Below the pieces are notes generated by a model. The model saw nothing but the letters and a program-made list of their open reading frames with translations, made no database searches and was not told where the DNA came from. The position numbers were made by a program, and so were the translations under genes. 64,000 nucleotides of DNA from Candidatus Kerfeldbacteria bacterium RIFCSPLOWO2_02_FULL_42_19 (GTDB lineage Bacteria; Patescibacteriota; Patescibacteriia; HO2-48-17): positions 3,853-67,852 of the forward strand of contig MHKF01000010.1 in assembly GCA_001818315.1 (NCBI GenBank). The letters run 5' to 3'. Shown one piece after another: positions 18,968-29,046 of the stretch (its first letter is position 1; every line of letters starts with the position of its first letter).

Positions 18968-19810
18968 TTACTTCATCTTTCGTCCGACCCACCAGTCTGA
19001 CTCCTGCAACATCCCGAGATCGCCACCGTGGATGGCGTGGAGGGGATGCTTCGAATCAACCGCACTGTAATATGGATTCAGTTCGTCTGCGAGACCGATG
19101 TGCTGAAGCTCGACACTACGTGCGCCAAAGCGCTGAATCAGTTCGGTAGGTGTGAGAATGAGCTTCTGATAGAAACCCGTCCACACAAGCTCGTGAGTCT
19201 CAAGCGCTTCAACACGAACATCGATCTGCAGTACACGATGTTCCGAATCATACTTCGGGACGCGGCAATCAAGCACCGGGACACCGTTGAGTACAGCATG
19301 CCAAGTACTCTGACGCGCAGTTCTACAGCGTTCAAGGTATCTCTCTCCGATATAGTCCATCACGAAGACCCCGCCGGACTTGAGGGATCGGAGCATCCCA
19401 GCGGTAAACAATGTAAGTTGGGATGGATCGATAATGTCGGCAAAAGAGTTGCCGAGCAGCAACACTGCGTCGAACTCTTCATTCGTGTACCACGAACGAA
19501 GATCTGCAAGCGTGAGTTGAACGATGTTTCCCCCATTCAACCTAGTAAGGTGTGTGAGCGCCTTCTTGATGCATGTGGCTGACAAATCGACACCTGTGAT
19601 TTTCTTCACGCCGAGTTTGAAGAGTGGGACAATGTGCCGGCCGGTCCCAAAGCACGGCAGAAAAACCGACCTGGGAATGCTGCCAGTACTCTCTTGAATG
19701 AGACTTACTGCGAGCGCCGCTTCTGATCTGGAAAGTTCGATGTCATCATGAACGTCACGGTCCAGATCTGCCATGACGTCGTAGTGTTCGGGAATGTTGA
19801 ATTGTTCCAT
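18968..19810 (-). CDS. class I SAM-dependent methyltransferase, GC-rich
   Basis: Motif I LPCFGTGRHIVPL; start at 19810 has a GGAGG SD 5 nt upstream. Confidence 0.7.
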   Translation of the reverse strand: MEQFNIPEHYDVMADLDRDVHDDIELSRSEAALAVSLIQESTGSIPRSVFLPCFGTGRHIVPLFKLGVKKITGVDLSATCIKKALTHLTRLNGGNIVQLTLADLRSWYTNEEFDAVLLLGNSFADIIDPSQLTLFTAGMLRSLKSGGVFVMDYIGERYLERCRTARQSTWHAVLNGVPVLDCRVPKYDSEHRVLQIDVRVEALETHELVWTGFYQKLILTPTELIQRFGARSVELQHIGLADELNPYYSAVDSKHPLHAIHGGDLGMLQESDWWVGRKMK

Positions 19811-19895
19811 TGCTCCTCCGTGTGTGAGTTGCACACTCCGTCTTTTACAAGAGAAGTATGCAACCCGTTGTTAAACGTTGAGTTGATGTTGAGGT

Positions 19896-21665
19896 TCAAT
19901 CGCGGTAAACGACCAACGTCTCCACAGCATCAGTCGCGCCATGGATCCGAATCGTGTTTCCACGAAGAGTAATCATGCTGGATGTCATGACCGCTTTACC
20001 GTCCTTGCCGCGCAGAAAGAAAGGGGTCAGACGGTTTCGCAGATCGGTTTTGATCGCGATTTTTCCATCGCTATTCACACACCCGACAGTAAATCTTGCG
20101 GAGTTGATCATGTGTTGCACGACTACAGGCCACGCGCACTCTCGCCGCTGTCTCAGAATCCCCTCCCATCCAGAAACCAAATGCTGCGCTCCGACCTCAA
20201 GTGACCGCGAACCCCAAGATTGATTGTTGCCATCCCAGGCAGCGTATTTGCTGATCCAGAACGGACGATCGTTCGTGTACTCGCTCAACTCAGTCTCGGT
20301 ACAACCATTCAGGAGCCGGGTTTCCGCAAGACAAGTCTGAAGTACCCATACGGCCTCCTCATCCCGTTCAGTGATCCAACGTCGGACACTTGGAATACCA
20401 ATCGCTGCCATGAGCACTTTGGATTCGAGAGGAAATTGCACAGGGTTGATGACGGTTATGCCTTGCTGCTGCCACTCAAGCATCTGTTCCAGCGTTCCCC
20501 GACTGAAGTTGTCGAAGTATCCAAAGCGGTACACAACCGTACGATCATCGAACTGCTTCGGCAATTCGTGACTCCCACGAATGAATTCGCGGAATCCAAG
20601 TCGTGTGATGCGGCCAAGAAAATCCGTATCCCATGCGTTACACACATGCTCAGGCGCATTCGGCGGTAGTTGCCAGGTCTTTCTCGCATGCTCCTGAACG
20701 GTTTCAAGAAGTCGATCGAAGATGATCCACGCTGGAACTCCTCTGGTTCGGAGCGCCTGGCAGAATACCGCGAGTTCGAAAGTGTATTCTGCCCACTGAT
20801 GAGTAGCGAATATGACGTACTGACGCCCATCAAGGTATTCGATGAACCGATCCAACATTGTCGTGTCAACACCGTAACCAACCTCCATCGCATGCAGCAT
20901 GCCCATACCCGCGGGCGCGCTCTCAAGTTCAGTCACCACAGGACGGAATCCATCCTTCTCACGAACGATGACAATATCAGGGCGAATGACATCCACTGTT
21001 CCCGGCGCCATGATCTGAGGAATCCGAGAAGGAACATTACGCGTGAGGAGATCCTGCAGTGCAGAATCGGAAGTGTAACATGCGGTCACCGCATCGTTGA
21101 GAAGCAAAACTGCATCTGCAAGTCTCTGTAGTTGCTGGCGCAACTCAGTCGGTAACACGATCGGCTCGAGCGCCGGAATCCAGGATACGCCGGACATGCC
21201 TTTGTATCCGATTCCTGTAGCATCCATCCGCGCTCGTTTGTTCTCGAAACCTACTGCTGTGAGCCCCTCCATAGCTCTGATTGCTGTCATGCCCTGCGCT
21301 TCTTCAAAGTTATCGACGAGCTCAATGGGCATGAATGCAAGTTCAGTAAGCGAGGGATGGTACCCAGCGACCATTGGGTAGCCAACGAAGTCTACGAATC
21401 TTCTCGTACTGCCTTTCCATACCTTCTCCTTCGCTTCCCAGTTGAAACCCAGGAATCCAAATTTCTGTGACAGCAGATTATAGAGCAGCGCATTTTTTGG
21501 CCACTGTGTCTGCTGAGCTGGAAGTTCCTCCATGGAGCCGCTTTGCTGAGCAAGAACACCCTTACTCCATTGCCCTGCACTCCTTTGTCCTTGAAAACCG
21601 TGTTTCTTACGCAGTTCAGCAAGTTGCAAAAGCCGCTTGTCAGTATCATCGGTTGTCGACATCAT
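19896..21665 (-). CDS. large hypothetical protein (about 590 aa), GC-rich
   Basis: MMSTTDD start at 21665 with an AAGGAGG SD; no motif recognised with confidence. Confidence 0.4.
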   Translation of the reverse strand: MMSTTDDTDKRLLQLAELRKKHGFQGQRSAGQWSKGVLAQQSGSMEELPAQQTQWPKNALLYNLLSQKFGFLGFNWEAKEKVWKGSTRRFVDFVGYPMVAGYHPSLTELAFMPIELVDNFEEAQGMTAIRAMEGLTAVGFENKRARMDATGIGYKGMSGVSWIPALEPIVLPTELRQQLQRLADAVLLLNDAVTACYTSDSALQDLLTRNVPSRIPQIMAPGTVDVIRPDIVIVREKDGFRPVVTELESAPAGMGMLHAMEVGYGVDTTMLDRFIEYLDGRQYVIFATHQWAEYTFELAVFCQALRTRGVPAWIIFDRLLETVQEHARKTWQLPPNAPEHVCNAWDTDFLGRITRLGFREFIRGSHELPKQFDDRTVVYRFGYFDNFSRGTLEQMLEWQQQGITVINPVQFPLESKVLMAAIGIPSVRRWITERDEEAVWVLQTCLAETRLLNGCTETELSEYTNDRPFWISKYAAWDGNNQSWGSRSLEVGAQHLVSGWEGILRQRRECAWPVVVQHMINSARFTVGCVNSDGKIAIKTDLRNRLTPFFLRGKDGKAVMTSSMITLRGNTIRIHGATDAVETLVVYRD

Positions 21666-22175
21666 GATCCTCCTTGTCTTGAATGTAGTGTTGTATTCGA
21701 ATCCGTTTCTTGCAAAAAGACGAAAAATTCTGACCAAATTTTCGATGTGCTACAGGCTTTTAGCCTGAATACTTGCGTTCTCTCCTTGCGACACACATAT
21801 TCATTCTAAAAACCTCTTCATTCTAAAAACCTCCGTCCTTATAATGCAGTGCCTCTCTCGTCGCAATTACCGAAAGAGCCACCTCTTTTGGGTGGCTCTG
21901 CTTATTTGATTCTTACTGAAACTTTATGCATTCATGCGAAACGTCAAATAAGAAAGCCACCGGCGAAGTACAAGGGTAACAATAATAAACGCCTTGACAT
22001 ACCAGTCATGACAACGCATATGAAATTGTTGTGTGGCTTTACTTATCATAGGAAAAAATCATTCTTCATCATCCACAAACTAGTGTGTAGTGTAAGATCG
22101 AGCAATTTTTTTGTCAAGCAAAGCTGGCAGAATTCGGGATTTTTTTATTTTTAAGGATTGACAAGAATGATAGCA

Positions 22176-22253
22176 GAGCAGAGAGGAAGATTATATTTTC
22201 GAAGCACTTACAGGGCACAGTGTGCTTCGAAAATATAATCTTCCTCTCTGCTC
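22176..22253. repeat. long perfect palindrome (32-bp arms, 14-nt centre), member of a recurring hairpin family
   Basis: gagcagagaggaagattatattttcgaagcac / gtgcttcgaaaatataatcttcctctctgctc; the centre contains gcacagtgtgc. Confidence 0.8.
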
Positions 22254-23135
22254 GCTCATCACTTTCTTCTGCAATTCGAAAAATTACAACGCAACAAGTC
22301 TCATAAAATAATAGAATCCTCCTCAAAAAGCACGAGTACATTCGATGTGCTTCCGAAGAGGATTCTCAAAAAGGGACAGAATGCCCAGACGAATCTTCTA
22401 CAAACGAGAAACTCGTCCTTCAGGAGTTGAATCCAATCCATGAATAGGGGATCTCCGCGGACGTGCGACGTGCATCAGGTGCGACGTCTTTCTTTGTTGC
22501 CACCTCTCTCCGTTCCTTTGCCTCAGCTTCCGCCGCCTCCCGAGCCCGCAACTCCTGCAAGTATTCTGCACTCGGTTTCCACAAATCGCCGGACATCAAT
22601 TCGTAACTCAAAACGGTTAACAGCATCTTCTTTATCTCCCTTTATTTCAGTTCAAAAAATTTGCAGCGGGCGAGACATAAAACTCAACAGACCTCGACTC
22701 CACTCGCCCAAACAGCGCTCCTCCAAAACACTTGTAAATATCAGCGCTCTTTGGACAAGTTGAGACATTACTCCTCCACACCCCAAGAACGAAAAACACC
22801 GCTTACTCGCGGTGGCTATGATTTGCGTAAACTTTGAATGGAATCTTCTACATCCTATACATGCTACGCATACGAGCCACCGGAACAATAGGGAGTACAA
22901 TAAAAAAGTAAACAACGCTCCAGATATTCTGGAGATGTCCACGACCTACCTTATGTGTGACTTGTATATGCATGGAAATAAAGATAGCAACGAAACTCAT
23001 TCTTGTCAAAATGCACAAAAAATTGTGCTTATTCATGAATATCCCCTTATTATAGAACCTTTGAGTCTCTTTCCATGGATAACGAAGTAGCGTTTGCCAG
23101 GCCAGAAGGTGATCTTATAACCACCATCCTGGGCT

Positions 23136-24719
23136 TCAGAGTATTCCCACTTGGCGAGATACCCCTTGTGCTTTCAAGTCTTCGAGAGCTGGATTGAGTT
23201 TCCGTTGTATAGCTGAAAGGAAGTGGTAATTTGCAATATCCAATTCATTGCATAGATCAGCATAGAGTTTGCTGACAGGCCTGCCATTGCTGGCATAGAA
23301 CATAGTATCGAGCATAGGATAGAGGACTATAATGGACTGGAGAAGTTGGACAGGTATATAAGATGGAAAAACTGGTATAATAATGTATATGAAAAAAACA
23401 TTCAGTCCTGAACAGAAAGCAGCGGTTGTTCTCGCTGCGATCAAAGGAGAACAAAGTATCAATCAGATCAGCTCTGCTTTTGAGGTGCATCCCACCCAGA
23501 TCGGAGTGTGGAAAAAACAGGCTCTTACGGGAATGAAGGACGTATTCTCTGACAAGCGTAGAAAGCAGCATCAAACCCAGGAACAGAGCTCATCGCAGAA
23601 CTGTACAAAGTGATCGGTCAGCGAGACATGGAACTGACCTGGCTTAAAAAAAAGCTTGAGCCATTTACCGCTTCCGGCTAGACGAGAATTCGTGGATCGT
23701 AACGATGCTCAGGTGAGCCTTGCCCGGCAAAGCCAGCTCCTTAATATTTCACGCAGCAGTCTATAGTATCAGCCGTTCATGAATACCGCTGATGTCACGG
23801 CCATGAACGCTCTGGATGAAATCTACACCCGATACCCTTTCTACGGTTCCCGGCGCATGAAATATGAGCTCAGGAAGGGGTATGGCATGAGCATCTGTCG
23901 GGAACACATTCAGCGCCTGATGCGTCAGATGGGACTTACCTCTCTTTACCCAAAAGAAGCCAAAAATCTCAGTCATCCGGATCAGCAACACCGTCGCTAT
24001 CCTTACCTCCTCAAAGACATCACGGCGCAGTATCCCAATCACATCTCAGGGTACGGACATCACCTACATACGACTGGAAAAAGGTTTTGTTTATCTTGTA
24101 GTCCTGCTGGACTGGTTTTCCCGGTACGTTGTTGCCTGGCAGGTATCGGAAAATCTGGACATGAGTTTTTGTACGGAGAATCTGCAGCGAGCGCTCAAAA
24201 ACGCCGTGCCGGATATTCACAACTCTGACCAGGGTAGTCATTTCACCTCACCCTGTTACACCGGACTTCTTACGGCCAACAACGTTCAGATCAATATGGA
24301 TGGCCGAGGCAGATGCATGGACAATATCTTTACCGAAAGGTTGTGGCGTACGGTCAAGTATGAAAATGTCTATCTCAAATCCTATGCCACGTTCCAGGGA
24401 GCTCAACAGGGATTGGCCGATTACTTCCGATTCTACAACACCAAGCGTCCACATCAGTCACTGAACAACATCACACCGGAAAAGGTTTACTGTCAAAAAA
24501 TCAAACCGTGAATTTCCTTCACAATTTAATTTCCAGACACTATCTTCTATCTCTCATATTCCTGTCTTGATAAAGCAGTCCACCTTATGGTACCATTCCT
24601 TGCCGTAAGTGTTCCACCTGTTTCGTCGATGGTTTCCTGAGGTGGTAGGAATGGACAACTCGGAGAAAGGATGAATGAAATAATGCAAACAAAAATCCAC
24701 GAAAATAATCCCTGCTTCA
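23136..24719 (-). pseudogene. small secreted-protein gene split by the IS3 insertion
   Basis: N-terminal part (24719 down to 24583) encodes MKQGLFSWIFVCIISFILSPSC, a signal/lipobox-like sequence. The C-terminal part resumes at 23332..23136. The IS lies between the two halves. Confidence 0.4.
23333..24582 (+). mobile_element. IS3-family insertion sequence, inactivated copy
   Basis: Imperfect terminal inverted repeats TGGACTG...GACAGG at both ends. orfA HTH at 23383..23613, its leucine-zipper part in another frame. A AAA AAA G slippery site at about 23646. orfB carries an in-frame stop at about 23758 and a frameshift near 24045, but keeps DDE-type motifs (DITYIRLEKGFVYLVVLLDWFSRYVVAW, HNSDQGSHFTS). 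No target-site duplication identified. Confidence 0.75.
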
Positions 24720-24778
24720 TTACCTGTTTTCTCCAGTAATATGGTAGAATCGAGTCAAAGAATATTCACCTAAAATAT

Positions 24779-25354
24779 ATGCAAATCAGAACCAAAATGG
24801 CACCAGGCCATTATGTTCTTTTTCAAATACTCGCTTCAATATTCGTTTTCCTTATCATGCTCCTTATTTATTGGCTTTCTGAATACAGTGATTTTTTTTC
24901 TGTCGAAAGCCACATCAAAGATGCAAACGGACGAATTATCTATAGAATTTTTGCCTTCTATCTTCCAACATTCCTCGCCGGAATCATAGCCCTCTATCCG
25001 CTGTATTTCCTAAGAAAAAGAAAAAAGCGAACGGACTATCCGTCAGCCCTCAACTTAAGAGAGAAATTCTTCCTTTTACTGCCTCTCTGGTGGTTCATTT
25101 TCCTTTTAGTGTGGGGCCGCGTTTTCAGACCTTTCATTGCTAATGCACAAATACCTTGGGAAAATGAAGGCTATCCATGCCTCCCCATATCTGCATGTGA
25201 GGCTGGTCTTACGTATGAAATACTCGATAGCATCTTCTTTTACCTTTGGATAGTTTCTTTTTTGCTCGTTTTCGCCCCCTGGTTCTCCTACCTCGACTAC
25301 TGGCGCAGGAAGAAGGAGGCTGCCCAGAAAGCCTCAGAGTCACGTTCGTCGTGA
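24779..25354 (+). CDS. integral membrane protein, unknown function
   Basis: Several hydrophobic helices; about 191 aa. Confidence 0.4.
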   Translation: MQIRTKMAPGHYVLFQILASIFVFLIMLLIYWLSEYSDFFSVESHIKDANGRIIYRIFAFYLPTFLAGIIALYPLYFLRKRKKRTDYPSALNLREKFFLLLPLWWFIFLLVWGRVFRPFIANAQIPWENEGYPCLPISACEAGLTYEILDSIFFYLWIVSFLLVFAPWFSYLDYWRRKKEAAQKASESRSS

Positions 25355-25358
25355 TTCT

Positions 25359-26720
25359 CTACTTCAACTTCTTCAACCGCTTTTCGATTTCTTCTTCTGT
25401 CGGCAGCTTCGTCCTATACTCCGCCACAAAAATCTTTTCTTCAAGTCCACCGAGGGCGTAATGCACCTCTTCTTTGTTGCGTTCCTCGCAGATGATAAGG
25501 CCGATGGGATCACGTTCCCAGGGCCGTTTTTCGTGTTCTCGAAAGTAGGTGAGGTATTTGTTCATCTGCCCGACATGAGCATCCTTGAATTTTTCGTTTT
25601 TGAGATCCACCACAACGAGACACTGGAGATCCCTGTGGTAGAAAAGGAGGTCAATGGTATGATAGCGGCCTGCAATGAGGAGCTTGACCTGTTGACTGTT
25701 GTTCGGGTACATATTGCACTCCTGAGGTTGATAAGGTAATTGATAAGCGTTGGTTACCAGGTAGTTCTGTATGTGTTGCACCGGGGTTTTGAGGTTGAGA
25801 GCGTGATGCGGCCGTTCGGTGTTGTGCCAAATGAGCTGTTTCATCAGACCAAGGTTAAAATGAGTGGGGTTGAGGAGTTCTGAAGCATGAAAATCCATGT
25901 ATTCATCCTGAATGGTTCTGTTGAATCTTTCGGCATAAGCGTTCATCTTGGGGGTTTTGGGATAGGTATGCCAGTGTTCTTTGTGGAATTTCCTGACCTC
26001 TTGATCAAAATGTTTCATAAATTCAGAGCCATTATCGGTAAGGATATACTTCAGTTCAAACGGAAACAGGAATCTCACCATGGCAAACACCTCTTTCGCT
26101 GCAGCTGAAGCGTGACTTACCGTGGCAAAGGCAAAGGAAAAGCGTGAATACAGATCCGTGAAGGTGATGACATAGCGCCGGGATCCATGAATGATCTTTT
26201 CCACGGTATCAAACGCGCCACAGTGTCCGGGGTACTGTGCTTGAAAATCCTTGGGTTTTCTGGCTCTTTTGACTCGTTTTCTGGGAACGATGTCACCGTT
26301 GTGACGGACTTTTACGGGGAATGTCCTGAGTCCACCCATATCCCTGATGAGATTACCAATGGTGGAAACCGAGGGACAATCAAGTTTCTTTTCCGAACAG
26401 AATCTGAGGAGAAAGATGTATATTTTCTCTTTGCCAAGATTGGGATGTTCGTTGCGAAGGCGTTTCATTTCAGTTTTGATTCCCCCTGGCCATTGCCGTG
26501 TGCGGAGATGTTTTGGTCTCCGGGACTGCTCATTGAGCGCCGTCAGCTTTCCACCACCTTTCTTTTCCTGAGATTTCCACCAGTACAGTGTCCTTTTCTT
26601 TACCGCAAAGGCTTCCATCGTAGCCTCAATGCCGTATTTTTCCCAGAATACGAGTATCCGAGCCTTGCTTTTGGCTTTGTCAGATACCATACGCTCATAC
26701 CGTATGGCATAGTCTGCCAA
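25359..26720 (-). CDS. IS481-family DDE transposase fused in frame to a DUF1016/YhcG-like PDDEXK nuclease C-terminal domain
   Basis: DDE integrase core (ILTDNGSEF, AYAERFNRTIQDE). The last ~110 aa (DLLFYHRDLQCLVVVDLKNEKFKDAHVGQMNKYLTYF...GLIICEE...YALGG) match the DUF1016 nuclease core. Confidence 0.65.
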   Translation of the reverse strand: MADYAIRYERMVSDKAKSKARILVFWEKYGIEATMEAFAVKKRTLYWWKSQEKKGGGKLTALNEQSRRPKHLRTRQWPGGIKTEMKRLRNEHPNLGKEKIYIFLLRFCSEKKLDCPSVSTIGNLIRDMGGLRTFPVKVRHNGDIVPRKRVKRARKPKDFQAQYPGHCGAFDTVEKIIHGSRRYVITFTDLYSRFSFAFATVSHASAAAKEVFAMVRFLFPFELKYILTDNGSEFMKHFDQEVRKFHKEHWHTYPKTPKMNAYAERFNRTIQDEYMDFHASELLNPTHFNLGLMKQLIWHNTERPHHALNLKTPVQHIQNYLVTNAYQLPYQPQECNMYPNNSQQVKLLIAGRYHTIDLLFYHRDLQCLVVVDLKNEKFKDAHVGQMNKYLTYFREHEKRPWERDPIGLIICEERNKEEVHYALGGLEEKIFVAEYRTKLPTEEEIEKRLKKLK

Positions 26721-26806
26721 TCGGGCAAATCCCCTTACTCCGAACGATACTCTGATAATTTACATACTCCTTGTGTGGTTAAGGAGTGCAATATGTATCT
26801 TAACTT

Positions 26807-27286
26807 ATGCAGGGTCCGATGGTTGCGATGGGTTCTGGGGAACAGGAGGGCAGGATGCGTAACGCCCACACCTACCGTAAGTGGCGCGCGTGGAACGTCG
26901 CCTGCGTGCTGTTGCGGGAAGAAGAAAACCGCCTGATCACGAGAGTAGATACCCAACCAAAAAACGATTCTGATGAACTTGCCGAGAGAGAACAACGCCG
27001 GCAGCAAGACATCACCGAAGAACAGCGTTCTTTGGAAGCCCTCGCTCAGCAGAGGGAAGCGTTGTTCAAAACGCTGAGCGAGGAACAAAAAATTGTTTTT
27101 TCAGAGAGGATGAAAGGCACAAAAAACCCGGAGATCATCAAAAAAGTCCAAGTTCAATTACGCAACGTTCGATTGCGCAATGTTTCTAAGGTCGTCTGCG
27201 ACATCAAGAAAAAGATCAAGAAGCTCGGATACATCGAGCTACTCTCGGATCTCGATGACCGCAGGCGATACAAGAAAACGCTCTGA
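26807..27286 (+). CDS. hypothetical protein with possible C-terminal HTH
   Basis: ORF ends inside a long hairpin; weak resemblance to sigma-70 region 4-like HTH (LSEEQKIVFSERMKGTKNPEII). Confidence 0.3.
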   Translation: MQGPMVAMGSGEQEGRMRNAHTYRKWRAWNVACVLLREEENRLITRVDTQPKNDSDELAEREQRRQQDITEEQRSLEALAQQREALFKTLSEEQKIVFSERMKGTKNPEIIKKVQVQLRNVRLRNVSKVVCDIKKKIKKLGYIELLSDLDDRRRYKKTL

Positions 27287-27337
27287 AACCCAAAGCACGG
27301 ACAGGTTTTTCCTCTCCGTGCTTTGGGTTTCAGAGCG
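27279..27337. terminator. 23-bp perfect hairpin followed by a T-rich tract
   Basis: cgctctgaaacccaaagcacgga / tccgtgctttgggtttcagagcg with a 13-nt loop, then ttttccgcttttg. Confidence 0.5.
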
Positions 27338-27683
27338 TTTTCCGCTTTTGAGTAGGAGATAGGTTTTCCACTCCAACGGCGCAACCACCGACCTCAAGTC
27401 TTCCTCTGTACACTCGATCCAGGCTTCGAGGAAGGCTTCGATCTCTTCCACCCGCTCCGCCAGCCAGCGAGTATCCATTCCAGCAATGATCGCTTCTTCA
27501 CGCTGATTGCCCCCGGCAGAAGGACAGCGCCAGAGAGGAATGATGGGACGTGCGGCGATGCCTTTGGGGTTGTGAGGTATTTGGGGTATTTTCTTACCCT
27601 CCTGCCCCAACCTCTCGAAACCTTCGACTGAATAAGATGAGATACATCGTGTGCACTTGAGAAAGTAAGCAATCTGGTAGGAT

Positions 27684-28763
27684 ATGAGCAAGAATCATTA
27701 TTTCTGTTCATATATGCCTCAAGCCTACGAACCCTATCGAAAAGCACTGAAACGTGAAGCTTCGGTGATTGATCCGTATGACCTCTGGCGAAAGACTGCT
27801 CTCACTTTGAAGCTTTCAAAGGCAGCTTGTCTCCGTCTGGAATGGATGATCTATTACTTCACGACGGCCAAGGAGAACGGTGCTCTGGTATCCCGTCATT
27901 TTGGCCTGCATCGCAATACCTTCGGCAAGTGGCTCAGGAAATTTGATCCAAACAACCTTCGAAATCTGGAAAGTCAGGGTACAAGGCCCCGGCGTGTACG
28001 TAAACGTCAGGGCATCTGGGCCAAGGATGAACGCATTATCTCTTTACGAAAAGAGTATCCTTGTTGGGGGAAGAAAAAGCTCAAAGTTCTGTATGAGCGT
28101 AGGTATCAAGAAACGATCACAGAATGGTATATCCAAAGAGTCATTGAAGACTATCATCTGTACTTCCGGAAGAAGAAGAAAAGAATCTCAAACAAGCGAA
28201 AAACAGGCCAGGTAAGGAAAAGAATCACCGAACTGACTACCACCAAGAAAGAGACGGGATTCCTTCTCCACTTTGATTCCATCATTCTTCAAAAAAACAA
28301 CCAGAAGCGTTACATCATCACCGGCATTGATCATCATTCTCGGTTTGCCTATGCGTGGATGTACAGCAGACATAACTCCCAAACAGCTGAGGATTTCTTA
28401 CGAAAGATATTCTTTCTCCTGAATAACTCTGTTCAGAACATCCACACCGACAATGGTTCAGAATTCAAGAAATACTTTGAAAAAGCTGTACAGAAGCAAC
28501 AACTTATCCATTACTGGTCCCGACCGAAAACCCCGAAAGATAATCCCATCAATGAACGGTTTAACCGTACCCTCAAAGAGGAGTTCCTGCATTGGGGAAA
28601 CTACCATCCTGATCCACATATTTTTAACAGGAACCTTACTTCATGGCTCATCACCTACAATACCATCAGACCCCATGAATCACTCAATTTTTCAACCCCT
28701 TTAGAAGTTGCTCAAAAGTCCTACCCATTGCACACGAGGTGGTCATCCTGTACATCGACTTGA
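27684..28763 (+). CDS. IS481-family DDE transposase (second, diverged copy)
   Basis: N-terminal HTH region; DDE core HTDNGSEF and PINERFNRTLKEE. Confidence 0.7.
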   Translation: MSKNHYFCSYMPQAYEPYRKALKREASVIDPYDLWRKTALTLKLSKAACLRLEWMIYYFTTAKENGALVSRHFGLHRNTFGKWLRKFDPNNLRNLESQGTRPRRVRKRQGIWAKDERIISLRKEYPCWGKKKLKVLYERRYQETITEWYIQRVIEDYHLYFRKKKKRISNKRKTGQVRKRITELTTTKKETGFLLHFDSIILQKNNQKRYIITGIDHHSRFAYAWMYSRHNSQTAEDFLRKIFFLLNNSVQNIHTDNGSEFKKYFEKAVQKQQLIHYWSRPKTPKDNPINERFNRTLKEEFLHWGNYHPDPHIFNRNLTSWLITYNTIRPHESLNFSTPLEVAQKSYPLHTRWSSCTST

Positions 28764-29046
28764 CCGAATTTTTAAGACATGCTAAGGTCAACTTGGTACT
28801 AGCTGACCCTGGTTTCTGAAAGACCCCTTTTGAGTTTCGAGATGTTGGGGCTTGTTTTGGAAGCTGGGGTCTTTTCTTTTCCCACACTTCTCACAAAAAC
28901 GGGAAACGGTAAACAAAAGTCTTGAATGCAAGTGTAAGATATGCTATTTTGGATGGCAAAGTGGCGAATCTTTTAGCGTAGGACATCGCTGACATGTTGG
29001 ACGTCAATATGTCAAACAAAACGTCAAACAAATTCAGAGAACAAGA

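Noticed and set aside
23330-24585. target-site duplication for the IS3 element
   Set aside because: The 3-4 nt flanking the inferred ends (taa / cct) do not match, so no TSD is claimed.
27239-27691. 150-aa minus-strand ORF
   Set aside because: Contains the long 27279..27337 hairpin and has no recognisable features; likely spurious.
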